The notes under the pieces were generated by a model. The model saw only the letters and a program-made list of their open reading frames with translations. It had not been told where the DNA came from and searched no databases. This document shows positions 1 to 10,029 of a stretch of DNA of 64,000 nt, piece after piece. The stretch covers positions 20,699 through 84,698 of the forward strand of contig CAZNIG010000030.1 in assembly GCA_964573055.1 (NCBI GenBank), given 5' to 3'. This DNA is from an uncultured Dehalococcoidia bacterium (GTDB lineage: Bacteria; Chloroflexota; Dehalococcoidia; Lucifugimonadales; UBA2985). Position numbers and translations under genes: made by a program. Position 1 is the first letter of the stretch. Every line of letters begins with the position of its first letter.

Positions 1-1
1 T

Positions 2-409
2 GTCGTATATGCAGCTCTTCTCCTCCTTCTCTCTCTATTGGGGGTAGCTGGTTTGTATTTATTGCTCCTGGCAGAGTTCTTGGCGTTGGTTCAGATCCTC
101 ATATATGGTGGAGCTGTAACAATAGTGGTGCTGTTCGTGATTATGCTGACCAGAGAACAGGAATCTAGAGACGCTCAAGACAATCCTCAACGTCCGCTAG
201 CTCTGGTGGTATCTTTGGCGGTGTTTGTGTTGCTGGCGGCTGGGATGATAGCGGGTACACCGAATGAAGTTACACGGAAATCCCTATCATTCTCTGAACT
301 GGGTAGCGAGCTTTTCACTAATTGGGCAGTTCCTTTCGAGGTGGCTTCTTTAGTGTTGTTGGAGGCTTTGATAGGTGCGATTGTGATTTCTAGGGAAAGT
401 GAACAGTGA
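2..409 (+). CDS. nuoJ: NADH-quinone oxidoreductase subunit J, C-terminal part (5' end outside window)
   Basis: The frame is open from base 2 with no stop before the first Met at 38. The sequence is hydrophobic and NuoJ/ND6-like (LIYGGAVTIVVLFVIML). Its stop overlaps the nuoK start, and nuoK-L-M-N follow in canonical order. Confidence 0.8.
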   Translation, partial: VVYAALLLLLSLLGVAGLYLLLLAEFLALVQILIYGGAVTIVVLFVIMLTREQESRDAQDNPQRPLALVVSLAVFVLLAAGMIAGTPNEVTRKSLSFSELGSELFTNWAVPFEVASLVLLEALIGAIVISRESEQ

Positions 410-714
410 TGAGCCTGCTACACTTCCAGTTGTTAAGTGCGGCATTGCTGTCGATAGGAATTTACGGTGTCCTCGCGCGTCGTAACGCAGTCCTTATATT
501 GCTTTCTCTTGAGCTAATGCTTAATGCTGTAAATGTTAACTTAGTTGCCTTTTCCTCCTTCGGCAACTTTTCTGCGTCAACTGGTCAAGTTATAGCTATA
601 TTTGTTATTACTGTGGCGGCAGCAGAAGTAGGACTTGCTCTAGCGATAATACTCCGTCTTTTCCGCGGCAGGAGGTCTGTAGATGTCGGAGAAGCGGATT
701 TGATGAAGTGGTAG
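406..714 (+). CDS. nuoK: NADH-quinone oxidoreductase subunit K
   Basis: 102 aa with three predicted TM helices and an ND4L-like 'LSLELMLNAVNVNLVAF'. It lies between nuoJ and nuoL. The start is GTG 406 or ATG 409. Confidence 0.9.
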   Translation: MMSLLHFQLLSAALLSIGIYGVLARRNAVLILLSLELMLNAVNVNLVAFSSFGNFSASTGQVIAIFVITVAAAEVGLALAIILRLFRGRRSVDVGEADLMKW

Positions 715-724
715 GTATAATCTG

Positions 725-2620
725 TTGATGCTTGCGATGGAACCCACATTAGTATCAGGTGTCCAGTGGGCTTGGTTGGCGCCAGCACTCAGTGTGGTTG
801 CTTTCTTTGCTGTGGTTATATTTGGTAGGTATCTACCTTGGCAAGGTTCCTTTATGTCGGTTCTTGCCATATTGGGTGGATTTGCCACGTTCTGTTACGT
901 TCTGGGACAATTCTTGGATTATGGTGGTGCCCACGTTGTAGTTGATTGGTTTACGGTCGGGGGCATTACTCTGACTTGGGGAATAATGGTGGACGAATTG
1001 TCCTTGGTTATGTTGGGTTTGGTTACCTTCGTTGCCTTGGCAGTACAGGTCTACTCATTGGGTTACATGGCTGGTGAAAGGGCCTATGGGTGGTATTTTG
1101 CCGTCCATTCTCTATTTGCTGCAGCCATGCTCACTCTAGTTCTGGCGGACAATTTCATTTTGTTGTACATAGCTTGGGAGCTGGTGGGTCTATGCTCATT
1201 TTTACTAATAGGCTTCTGGTATGAGCGTCGTTCTGCGGCTGAAGCTGCTAAGAAGGCATTCGTCACTACTAGGATTGGTGACGTTGGGCTCTTGATTGGT
1301 ATTCTCATACTGTTCAAAGAAACTGGCACATTTGACATGGTTAGTATTTTCCATGCGGTGGAAAACCAGGCAATTGGATCGGGTATGCTCACTACTGCCG
1401 TTCTTCTGATTTTCCTTGGGGCCATTGGTAAATCGGCACAGTTTCCATTGCATGTGTGGCTGCCAGATGCCATGGAAGGGCCTACTCCTGTAAGTGCGCT
1501 GATTCACGCTGCTACGATGGTGGTAGCGGGTGTGTTCCTAGTCGCACGGATATTCCCCATTTTTGAGATGGCGCCTAATGCATTGATGATCGTAGCTATA
1601 ATCGGGATAGTTACGGCTTTAGGAGCTGCATCTGTGGCCTTGATTGCGACAGATCTCAAGAGGGTTCTGGCGTACTCTACCGTTAGTCATCTAGGCTTCA
1701 TGATGTTGGCCCTTGGTCTTGGTGGATGGACTGCTGCTATTTTCCACCTCGTATCGCACGCGTTTGCTAAGGCATTGCTGTTTTTGGGTGCTGGCAGCAT
1801 TAGCCATGGCAGTGGCAAGACAGACATCAGAGAGATGGGTGGGCTTTGGCGGTGTATGCCAGTCACGTCTGTAACGTTTGCGATTGGGATTCTGGCTTTG
1901 GCTGGTGTTCCACCTTTGAGTGGCTTTTTCAGTAAGGATGAATTGCTTGTTGCGGTGTTGCATGGAGGCAATCCCGTATTTTTTGTTCTCACACTCGTTG
2001 CAATGCTCATGAGTACCATTTATATGGCGAGGTTGCTGTTCATGGTTGTACTAGGCGATCTCAAGGCTGACAACGAGCATGCCCATGAATCTCCATTAGT
2101 TATGGTTTTGCCGTTGTCCATTCTGGCTATCTTGGCTTTGTCAGTTGGCCTTTTTGGATCTGGAGTGCTGCCAGGCTACAGTGGTATCGGGAGTTGGCTG
2201 TTTCTCGAAGAGCCCGAAATCTACCACTTCAACATCGTTATAGCAGGAATATCGACTGTTATGGTGATTGCGGGATTCGGTTTGTGTTGGGCTGCCTACG
2301 TAAAAGGTTCATTATCTACGGCAATATTTCAACAGAAATTTGGGGTTCTTTACAGGTTGGTAGCTAATAAGTTTTATGTAGACGAGTTTTATCAGTGGGG
2401 TATTGATAAGGTTCTTCTGTCGTGCGCCAACTTTATGGCATTGTTTGACAGGATAGTGATAAATGATATAGGGGTCAACGGTACCGGGAAGTCTGTCTTT
2501 TTGTCTGGTATTCGGCTTAGGTATATTGAAACTGGAAAGGTATACAACTACGCTCTTGGTATGGCGGTTGGATTGGTTTTTGTAACCTTGTTTTGGTGGC
2601 TGGTGCTGCCGAACATTTAG
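725..2620 (+). CDS. nuoL: NADH-quinone oxidoreductase subunit L
   Basis: 631-aa polytopic protein with ND5-type motifs 'AWELVGLCSFLLIGFWY' and 'GKSAQFPLHVWLPDAMEGPTPVSALIHAATMVVAG'. It has the long C-terminal extension typical of NuoL. Confidence 0.9.
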   Translation: MMLAMEPTLVSGVQWAWLAPALSVVAFFAVVIFGRYLPWQGSFMSVLAILGGFATFCYVLGQFLDYGGAHVVVDWFTVGGITLTWGIMVDELSLVMLGLVTFVALAVQVYSLGYMAGERAYGWYFAVHSLFAAAMLTLVLADNFILLYIAWELVGLCSFLLIGFWYERRSAAEAAKKAFVTTRIGDVGLLIGILILFKETGTFDMVSIFHAVENQAIGSGMLTTAVLLIFLGAIGKSAQFPLHVWLPDAMEGPTPVSALIHAATMVVAGVFLVARIFPIFEMAPNALMIVAIIGIVTALGAASVALIATDLKRVLAYSTVSHLGFMMLALGLGGWTAAIFHLVSHAFAKALLFLGAGSISHGSGKTDIREMGGLWRCMPVTSVTFAIGILALAGVPPLSGFFSKDELLVAVLHGGNPVFFVLTLVAMLMSTIYMARLLFMVVLGDLKADNEHAHESPLVMVLPLSILAILALSVGLFGSGVLPGYSGIGSWLFLEEPEIYHFNIVIAGISTVMVIAGFGLCWAAYVKGSLSTAIFQQKFGVLYRLVANKFYVDEFYQWGIDKVLLSCANFMALFDRIVINDIGVNGTGKSVFLSGIRLRYIETGKVYNYALGMAVGLVFVTLFWWLVLPNI

Positions 2621-2835
2621 TGGCTTGGTGATAATTAATTGTTACAAGTGGTAGGTATGGCTAAGATTTAGGGGGTTGGTTAAAAGTTGGCGATATCAAT
2701 CTTAGGCGGTCTACAGTTTATGTTAATACACATGGCGGTCAGGCTAGTTAATTTACTTGCTGCCGTATGGATAACAATTGAATTTAGACTTCTAGTTGAT
2801 ACGGATAATAGTTGCGATGATATACAGGTGAAATT

Positions 2836-4335
2836 GTGCCCGGCTTAGATTCTTATATACTGCTAGCTTTGATAGCGGTGCCTTTCTTGGGAGGGCTTTC
2901 GCTAGTTTTCGTGCCGTCTCGTGAGGTATATGCCATTAGGGTTATAGCCGTAGGCCTTTCGTTGTTACTCTTAGGGCTTTCGGCATATGTGTTCTTGGCG
3001 TATGACTCTGATGTGGGCGGATATCAATTCGCAGCCGATTATGAATGGCTTCCAGCGCTAGGGATAAAGTTATTGTTAGGGGTCGACGGTATATCAGTGC
3101 CTATGGTTTTATTAACCGGTATCGTAACTTTTACGGGGGTTTTAATTTCGTGGAACATTGAATCTAGACCTAAAGACTTCTTTGTACTTTTCTTTCTTTT
3201 AGTCGCTGGTGTTTTCGGGGTGTTTGTATCACTAGATTTATTCTTCTTTTTCTTCTTCTACGAGATAGCGGTGCTACCAATGTATCTTCTCATTGGCGTT
3301 TGGGGAAGTAGTTCTGATTTCGGCTCATTCCTGCGACCTAAAGAATATGGCGCTATGAAATTAATGATCTACCTGGTTGCAGGTAGTGTACTCGTGTGGG
3401 TTGGAATAATTGCATTGTATGTAGAAGCAGGTTTGGACACATTCTCTCTTTTGAGGTTAGAAGGAGAGGTGTTTTCTCCAGGATTCCAAGCTTTCTTTTT
3501 CCCATTCTTCATGGTTGGCTTTGGAATTTTGGCTGGCCTTTGGCCGTTCCATACCTGGTCTCCGGATGGCCATGTTGCGGCTCCTACCTCGGTTAGTATG
3601 CTTCACGCTGGCGTGCTTATGAAGTTGGGTGCCTATGGAATTATTAGGGTTGGTTTAGACTTGCTTCCACAAGGTGCAGAAGACTGGATGCCTGTGCTGA
3701 TCGGTCTTGGTACAGTTAATGTGATATACGGAGCAGTGGCGGCTATGGGCCAAAGGGACCTGAAGTATGTAATAGGATACTCAAGTGTGAGCCATATGGG
3801 ATATGTTCTTATAGGCTTTGCTACACTTAATGCGGTTGGTATGGGTGGGGCAGTATTGCAAATGTTTTCTCATGGCATTATGACAGCTCTTCTCTTTGCT
3901 GCGGTCGGGGTAATATACGATCGAACGCACATAAGAGACATAGGAGTTCTTGAAGGTTTAGCAAAGCGCATGGGTATGACGGCCGCCTTTTTCGCTGTGG
4001 CGGGCCTTACATCTCTGGGGCTCCCTGGTCTTAGTGGGTTCGTAGCTGAGTTGATGGTTTTCATAGGAGCTTTCCAATCTTACCCCTTGGTGGGGGTTTT
4101 GGGCGTAATTGGAGCTGCTATTACCGCAGTTTATATACTGAGGTTGTTGGGCAAGGTGTTTTTTGGTCCATTAGGTACACGTTGGGAAGGCTTAACAGAT
4201 GCCTCGCGACTAGAGGGGTTCTCGATGGGCATACTGGTAATTTTCCTGCTAGCTGTGGGACTCTACCCTCGTCCGTGGATGGATATGATAAATAGTGGAG
4301 TAGTTCCTCTACTAGAGAGAGTGGCTGGTCTGTAA
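2836..4335 (+). CDS. nuoM: NADH-quinone oxidoreductase subunit M
   Basis: 499 aa, ND4-like 'PFHTWSPDGHVAAPTSVSMLHAGVLMKLGAYG', GTG start. Confidence 0.9.
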   Translation: MPGLDSYILLALIAVPFLGGLSLVFVPSREVYAIRVIAVGLSLLLLGLSAYVFLAYDSDVGGYQFAADYEWLPALGIKLLLGVDGISVPMVLLTGIVTFTGVLISWNIESRPKDFFVLFFLLVAGVFGVFVSLDLFFFFFFYEIAVLPMYLLIGVWGSSSDFGSFLRPKEYGAMKLMIYLVAGSVLVWVGIIALYVEAGLDTFSLLRLEGEVFSPGFQAFFFPFFMVGFGILAGLWPFHTWSPDGHVAAPTSVSMLHAGVLMKLGAYGIIRVGLDLLPQGAEDWMPVLIGLGTVNVIYGAVAAMGQRDLKYVIGYSSVSHMGYVLIGFATLNAVGMGGAVLQMFSHGIMTALLFAAVGVIYDRTHIRDIGVLEGLAKRMGMTAAFFAVAGLTSLGLPGLSGFVAELMVFIGAFQSYPLVGVLGVIGAAITAVYILRLLGKVFFGPLGTRWEGLTDASRLEGFSMGILVIFLLAVGLYPRPWMDMINSGVVPLLERVAGL

Positions 4336-5768
4336 TGAATTTTATGCTGTTCGCTCCAGAATTTGCTGTTACCGTGCTAGCATTCTTGGTTCTGGGTGCT
4401 GACCTTGTCCTGAACAGGGATAACAAACGGTATTTGCCATGGATAGGCTTGATCGGACTTATCGGGGTGCTTGTTCTATCACTGTTGTACCTAGGAAACA
4501 AGGATGCTGAACTATATGACGGCCTATTCCTGATCGATGGGTTTTCTCTGTTTTTTAAGATCTTTTTTGTAGTACTGGGGGTGTTGGTAATACTTTTATC
4601 GGTTGATTTTGTTAAGCAACATCTCTCGCATCCTGGTGAATATTATGGGATTTTGCTTTTCTCCATCCTAGCTATGATGTTAATGGCTGCCTCCGGAGAA
4701 TTACTTACCGCTTACATATCTTTGGAGCTGCTAAGTTTTAGCTTGTATGTGTTGGTTGCTTTTGGTCGAGAGAATCCCAGGTCAAACGAAGCAGGTGTCA
4801 AGTACATCCTGCTTGGAGCGTTCGCATCTGCCTTACTGCTCTTTGGAATAAGTCAGATATACGGTTTACTGGGAACCACTCGATTTGCAGAGATAAGGGA
4901 AGTTTTGTTGTTAGACCCGTCTCCTTTGAACCCAGGTGTTTCGATTGGGTTGGTATTTATCCTAGTTGGTATTGGTTTCAAAGTAGCGGCAGTGCCGTTC
5001 CACATGTGGGCACCAGATGTATATGAGGGAGCTCCAACGCCGGTGACCGCATATCTTGCCGTAGGTTCCAAGGCGGCTGCATTTGCGCTTGTGCTACGTC
5101 TATTTTCCCAGGCATTCATGCCTGCTATTGATGACTGGCAGATAATATTAGTTGTACTAGCAGCTCTGACGATGACTTTGGGGAATCTAGTGGCTTTGGT
5201 TCAGACCAATATCAAGCGAATGCTTGCGTATTCCAGCATAGGGCATGTCGGGTTTCTTTTGATGGGTGTGGCGGCACTTTCGCAATTAACCTCAGATGGA
5301 ATAATACTGCATTTAGCTGGGTATGGTTTCACTAATCTTGCTGCTTTTTTGTGTGTGATTGTTCTCTATAACGCCACTGGTGAAGAAGATATCTCAGGAT
5401 ATGCTGGTCTTGCAACAAGGGCTCCATTTGTTGCATTAGCCTTATCAATCTCTCTCTTCTCCCTAGCCGGTCTTCCGTTTTTTGCGGGGTTTACTACTAA
5501 GTTCTACTTATTTACAGCAGTTGCTAAAGGTGGTCTGATTTGGTTGGTGGGGATAGCGATAGTTAGTAGTTTAGTATCGCTTTATTACTATCTGATGGTG
5601 ATCAAGCAGATGTATATGGTGGAGGCGAGGGATCACAGTTCCGTTGGTGTGTCCGGGTTGAATAAAATGACGCTAGGGCTGTTAGTTGCAGGGGTGCTTG
5701 TAATTGGGGTTTATCCTGGGCCTCTAGTAGACGCTATTCAAGGTGCTACCACAATTATATTTCCTTAA
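4335..5768 (+). CDS. nuoN: NADH-quinone oxidoreductase subunit N
   Basis: 477 aa, ND2-like 'VPFHMWAPDVYEGAPTPVTAYLAVGSKAAAF'. Its ATG overlaps the nuoM stop (TAATG). Confidence 0.9.
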   Translation: MNFMLFAPEFAVTVLAFLVLGADLVLNRDNKRYLPWIGLIGLIGVLVLSLLYLGNKDAELYDGLFLIDGFSLFFKIFFVVLGVLVILLSVDFVKQHLSHPGEYYGILLFSILAMMLMAASGELLTAYISLELLSFSLYVLVAFGRENPRSNEAGVKYILLGAFASALLLFGISQIYGLLGTTRFAEIREVLLLDPSPLNPGVSIGLVFILVGIGFKVAAVPFHMWAPDVYEGAPTPVTAYLAVGSKAAAFALVLRLFSQAFMPAIDDWQIILVVLAALTMTLGNLVALVQTNIKRMLAYSSIGHVGFLLMGVAALSQLTSDGIILHLAGYGFTNLAAFLCVIVLYNATGEEDISGYAGLATRAPFVALALSISLFSLAGLPFFAGFTTKFYLFTAVAKGGLIWLVGIAIVSSLVSLYYYLMVIKQMYMVEARDHSSVGVSGLNKMTLGLLVAGVLVIGVYPGPLVDAIQGATTIIFP

Positions 5769-5897
5769 ATTACAAAGTTCTCATTGTTATTACGCTGGTG
5801 CACTACATGTCTAGATCAGAGGTGTCGGTTGCTATAATTGAGTTACGTATGTCGAGAGTAACTTCGCTGCTGTCTTTATTGTTGTCACTGTGCACTA

Positions 5898-6629
5898 GTG
5901 ATTGTATGGATGAATATCATGAACTTGTTGTCTACTCATAACATAAGTGATCGTCAAAAAGTGGGTGTCATCATAGTTGCGGCCGGTAAAAGTATTCGTA
6001 TGATGGGTCGCGATAAAATTTTCCACTCATTGTTGGGTAGGCCCACAATTGCCTATACCATGACCCCATTTGAAAGGTGTAGTGCGGTTAGTGAAATAGT
6101 GGTGGTAGCTAACCAGGCCAGCGTTGGACACTGCCTTAAGATTATTGAGGACGAGGGTTGGAGGAAAGTGGTTGGGGTTTGTGAGGGCGGGGATATGCGC
6201 CAAGACTCTGTAAGGGCTGGGTTAGGTATTCTTTCCTCCTGCGACTGGGTTATTATACATGATGGTGCTAGACCGTGCGTTACTGAGGACATGATTGAAC
6301 TAGCGCTGGAAGAAGCGCGTTTCACAGGAGTTTCTGTTCCGGCCCTTCCAGTAACAGATACCGTAAAAAGGGTAGAAGGCGGGCTTGTATTGGAGACAAT
6401 TCAAAGGGATGATCTGCGAACGATACAAACTCCACAAGTATTTCGGTCAGGTATAATATCGGAGGCGTATACAGGTGATATTTACGGAGTCACTGATGAC
6501 TCTTCTTTGGCCGAGCGTCTGGGTTATAGCGTAAGGATCTTTGAAGGATCTGAGGAAAATATCAAGATAACCACTCCTAAAGACCTAGACGTTGCTGAAG
6601 CAATACTAAGGCGTCGATTTGGTTCTTGA
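5898..6629 (+). CDS. ispD: 2-C-methyl-D-erythritol 4-phosphate cytidylyltransferase
   Basis: Carries 'VGVIIVAAGKSIRMMGRDKIF', 'IHDGARP' and 'QTPQVF', and is followed by ispF. The true start may be one of the internal ATGs at 5910 or 5919. Confidence 0.85.
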   Translation: MIVWMNIMNLLSTHNISDRQKVGVIIVAAGKSIRMMGRDKIFHSLLGRPTIAYTMTPFERCSAVSEIVVVANQASVGHCLKIIEDEGWRKVVGVCEGGDMRQDSVRAGLGILSSCDWVIIHDGARPCVTEDMIELALEEARFTGVSVPALPVTDTVKRVEGGLVLETIQRDDLRTIQTPQVFRSGIISEAYTGDIYGVTDDSSLAERLGYSVRIFEGSEENIKITTPKDLDVAEAILRRRFGS

Positions 6630-6645
6630 TTTGGGAGAATTATAA

Positions 6646-7128
6646 ATGTCTGTGCGTACCGGGATTGGTTACGATGCCCATAGGTTCGAAGCTGGTCGAC
6701 CTCTCTGGTTAGGTGGGGTCCAGATAAATTTTGGGTTCGGATTAGCGGGTCATAGTGATGGTGATGTTCTGATTCATGCTGGTGTAGATGCCATTTTAGG
6801 TGCAGCAGGCCTAGGTGACATTGGAGAACATTTCCCATCCTCTGACCCTTCATTTGCTGGCGTTTCTAGTGTCAAGTTTCTCGAGTATGTGGAGGTTGTG
6901 TTACGGGATACGGGGTGGCGGCTGTCAAATCTCGATGCTACAATTATTACGGAGCAGCCAAGAATATCCCCGCATGCCCTGAGCATGCGTGCTGCTATCT
7001 CTGACAGTCTGAAATGTGATATATCTGTGGTCAATATAAAAAGCACAACGACAGATGGCATGGGTTTCCCTGGTAGGATGGAAGGAATGGCGGCTTTCGC
7101 GATTGCTACAATAGAAGCTAGATCATGA
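6646..7128 (+). CDS. ispF: 2-C-methyl-D-erythritol 2,4-cyclodiphosphate synthase
   Basis: 160 aa with 'GIGYDAHRF' and 'GHSDGDVLIHAGVDAILGAAGLGDIGEHFP'. Confidence 0.92.
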   Translation: MSVRTGIGYDAHRFEAGRPLWLGGVQINFGFGLAGHSDGDVLIHAGVDAILGAAGLGDIGEHFPSSDPSFAGVSSVKFLEYVEVVLRDTGWRLSNLDATIITEQPRISPHALSMRAAISDSLKCDISVVNIKSTTTDGMGFPGRMEGMAAFAIATIEARS

Positions 7129-8501
7129 AGCTCTACGATACCCTAACTGGCACAAAGAAGGAATTCATCCCTTTAAGGGATGTGGTTACCATGTATGTTT
7201 GTGGTCCTAATTTATACGGTCCTTGTCATGTTGGACATGCACTTTCGTATGTGTTTTTTGACATCCTTCGTCGCTATTTGGAGTATAGCGGGCATCGTGT
7301 AATTCAAGTCCAGAATTTCACGGATATCGAAGATAGGATTATTGAAGTAGCACAAACTGAGGGTAGGCAAATAGAGGACTTGGCGAGCCAATACATACAA
7401 CGATTTCTAGAAGAAATGGATGGTCTTGGTATACAACGAGCAAACTATTATCCGAAAGCTACAGATTATCTCGACCGTATGATAGAGATAATCAATGACC
7501 TAATTCAGAAGGGGCATGCATACGTGGTAGAAGGGGATGTGTATTTCCGGGTGCGTACATTTAAGGATTATGGTTCTCTATCTAGGAGATCTGTGGAAGA
7601 GATGAAGTCTGGTACTAGAATAGATGTAGACCCACGCAAGGAAGATCCGATGGATTTCGCTCTGTGGAAGGCATCAAAGGAAGGAGAACCATCTTGGCCG
7701 ACTCCATGGGGATCTGGTCGTCCAGGTTGGCATATAGAATGCACTGCAATGTCCTTAAGTATTCTGGGCAATCAGATAGATATTCACGGGGGTGGCCAAG
7801 ACGTAATATTCCCGCATCACGAAAATGAAATTGCACAGTCCGAGGTCTTCACTGGAATGTCACCCTTCGTACAATTTTGGATACATAATGGGCTGTTACG
7901 CCTATCTGATAATGACGAAGAAAAGATGACAAGACACAGAGGGAATATAGTAAGTTGTAGGGACGCTTTATCCGAATATAGTGCTGATACACTTCGCTTA
8001 TACTTCGCCTCTTCACATTACCGAAGTCCACTCACGTATTCAGAGGAAGGTCTGAGATCTGCTAAGCGCGCTTTGGAGCGCCTACTCAATACGCTCAGAT
8101 TGCTACCAGGTGATGAAGGAAATGGACGGCAGATAGAGGTACAAGCCCATCAAGAACGTTTTTTTTCTGCAATGGAGGATGATTTAAACACCCCTCAAGC
8201 TCTGGCAGCTATATTTGATCTCGCAAGGGACATAAATAGGCATAAAGAGCAAGGTGGATCGGTGGTCTCTGGTCAAAAAGCCCTGAGGGAGATGGCCTCT
8301 ATTTTAGGGTTATCTTTGAGCGCAGAAGATGAGTCTGCTTTTAAGGACGCCTATCCATTTGTAGATATTCTGGTAGAAACCAGGAGTCGCTTAAGATCTG
8401 AGCGTAATTGGAACTTAGCGGATCAAATTCGCTCTCAGCTTGAGGCATTGGGTGTAGTTATCGAGGATACTGGTAACGGCACTCAATGGAGATTTGTCTA
8501 G
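7125..8501 (+). CDS. cysS: Cysteine--tRNA ligase
   Basis: Class I aaRS with the HIGH region 'CHVGHALSY' and the CysRS Zn-ligand contexts 'CGPNLYGPCH', 'WHIECTAM' and 'HHENEIAQS'. The KMSKS position reads 'KMTRH'. It overlaps the ispF stop by 4 nt. Confidence 0.9.
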   Translation: MKLYDTLTGTKKEFIPLRDVVTMYVCGPNLYGPCHVGHALSYVFFDILRRYLEYSGHRVIQVQNFTDIEDRIIEVAQTEGRQIEDLASQYIQRFLEEMDGLGIQRANYYPKATDYLDRMIEIINDLIQKGHAYVVEGDVYFRVRTFKDYGSLSRRSVEEMKSGTRIDVDPRKEDPMDFALWKASKEGEPSWPTPWGSGRPGWHIECTAMSLSILGNQIDIHGGGQDVIFPHHENEIAQSEVFTGMSPFVQFWIHNGLLRLSDNDEEKMTRHRGNIVSCRDALSEYSADTLRLYFASSHYRSPLTYSEEGLRSAKRALERLLNTLRLLPGDEGNGRQIEVQAHQERFFSAMEDDLNTPQALAAIFDLARDINRHKEQGGSVVSGQKALREMASILGLSLSAEDESAFKDAYPFVDILVETRSRLRSERNWNLADQIRSQLEALGVVIEDTGNGTQWRFV

Positions 8502-8527
8502 TTATAATATAGATGTCTTGATTCTGA

Positions 8528-9979
8528 TTGTTAAAGCTCCTCAGGGCTGGGATTGGTACTCGCGTGATTCATTCTGATTTTATAGAAGAAATACGATCCG
8601 TAGTAGGCGACGATAACTTAATACTGGACAAGTTAGCTCTGGAATATTATTCGACTGATGCTTTTGGTAAGTGGCGAGAGCCACATCTGAATCTTGAAGC
8701 ATATCCTGTTTTTGCAGTGGTTAGACCAGGTACTACGGAACAAGTAGCCGAAATTGTAAAGTTGGCGTGTGTCCAATCGGTTTCACTGATGCCGTATGGT
8801 GGGGGTACTGGAGTGATGGGCGCACTTAATCCATCAGATGGTACCGTGGCTGTCGATATGAAAAATATCAGCGTGATAGAAAATATCAACGTTGAAGATA
8901 TGACGGTTACAGTCGGGAGTGGGGTTATATTGGGCGATTTGGACGTTGCATTGGGTAGGCATGGTTTGATGCTTGGGCACGATCCGTATAGCGTTCCTAT
9001 TGCAACTGTGGGAGGTGCTATATCTACCAATGGAGTGGGGTATAGAGCTGCTAAATACGGTTCAATGGGGGATCAAGTACTAGGGCTTGAAATAGTACTC
9101 CCTACAGGTCAAATTATTGAGACTCGCGCAGTGGCCAAGACTTCTGCTGGCCCATCTCTCCATAGATTGTTCATTGGCTCAGAGGGGGTTTTTGGCATAA
9201 TAACCCGGGCCACATTACGCGTTTTTCGTATTCCAGAGACCAGAATCTTCCAGGCAGTCGATTTCCAGAAGTTTGAAGACGGATTTCATGCTATGTCAGA
9301 GTTGTTCTCGTTGGATCTCAAGCCGGCTCTGGTAGATCTAACTGAAGAGCCGGATCAGGGCCTTGAAGGGGCTTTACAAAAATGGAAGGCGACCATGTAT
9401 CTGGTTTTCGAAGGATTTGTGGAGGAAGTAGAAGCACAGTTAGTTAGAACTTTAAAGGTTTGCATTAAGTGGAACGGCGAAGATGTTGGCCCAGATTTAG
9501 CGCGAAATTATTGGGACACCAGGCATGATTCTGCTTATCGCTACAAGGAGCGGTATATAGATGATAATAACGCGAGAAGTATTACCAAAAGGTCTCGGGC
9601 TTCAACAGCTTATCCTCACGTGGCCTTATCTCCGTCTAGAATCCTAGAGTATCGAAAATTCTGCCACGATGTTGCCATTAAACGCAAGCTAAATGTTAGG
9701 GAATATTCTCTATGGACCAGACCGGAATTGTTTTCAATTATCCTGGTTGATATGTTTGTGGATAGTGAGGAAGAATCGAATCAACTGGCAGAAGGAGTGG
9801 ATGAGATTTTGAAGATGGCTCAGGACTTGGGCGGGTCTATGGAGTATGTACACGGGGTGGGTGTAAAGTTAGTGCATTTACTTCCTAGGGAGCTTGGCGC
9901 AAGCATGGAACTTCTAAAGAATATCAAGCTTGCTATAGATCCAAATAGGATAATGAATCCAGGAAACTTGAACCTATAA
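8528..9979 (+). CDS. FAD-linked oxidase (GlcD/D-lactate dehydrogenase-like, FAD_binding_4 family)
   Basis: 483 aa with 'PYGGGTGVMG', 'GSEGVFGIITRATLRV' and the C-terminal 'HGVGVKL...IDPNRIMNPGNL'. TTG start. Confidence 0.75.
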   Translation: MLKLLRAGIGTRVIHSDFIEEIRSVVGDDNLILDKLALEYYSTDAFGKWREPHLNLEAYPVFAVVRPGTTEQVAEIVKLACVQSVSLMPYGGGTGVMGALNPSDGTVAVDMKNISVIENINVEDMTVTVGSGVILGDLDVALGRHGLMLGHDPYSVPIATVGGAISTNGVGYRAAKYGSMGDQVLGLEIVLPTGQIIETRAVAKTSAGPSLHRLFIGSEGVFGIITRATLRVFRIPETRIFQAVDFQKFEDGFHAMSELFSLDLKPALVDLTEEPDQGLEGALQKWKATMYLVFEGFVEEVEAQLVRTLKVCIKWNGEDVGPDLARNYWDTRHDSAYRYKERYIDDNNARSITKRSRASTAYPHVALSPSRILEYRKFCHDVAIKRKLNVREYSLWTRPELFSIILVDMFVDSEEESNQLAEGVDEILKMAQDLGGSMEYVHGVGVKLVHLLPRELGASMELLKNIKLAIDPNRIMNPGNLNL

Positions 9980-10029
9980 CTAATTGAATTGTGGGAACTA
10001 TTCACACAGGTTAAAAACCAAGACCAACC

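Noticed and set aside
2732-2848. A 38-codon ORF in the nuoL-nuoM spacer that overlaps the nuoM start out of frame.
   Set aside because: It has no SD and no recognisable sequence. I kept it only as a note within the spacer finding.
3241-3258. A run of six Phe codons (TTCTTCTTTTTCTTCTTC) in nuoM as a possible slippery or frameshift site.
   Set aside because: The reading frame continues into conserved NuoM sequence (YEIAVLPMYLLIG) with no need for recoding. It is simply a hydrophobic helix.
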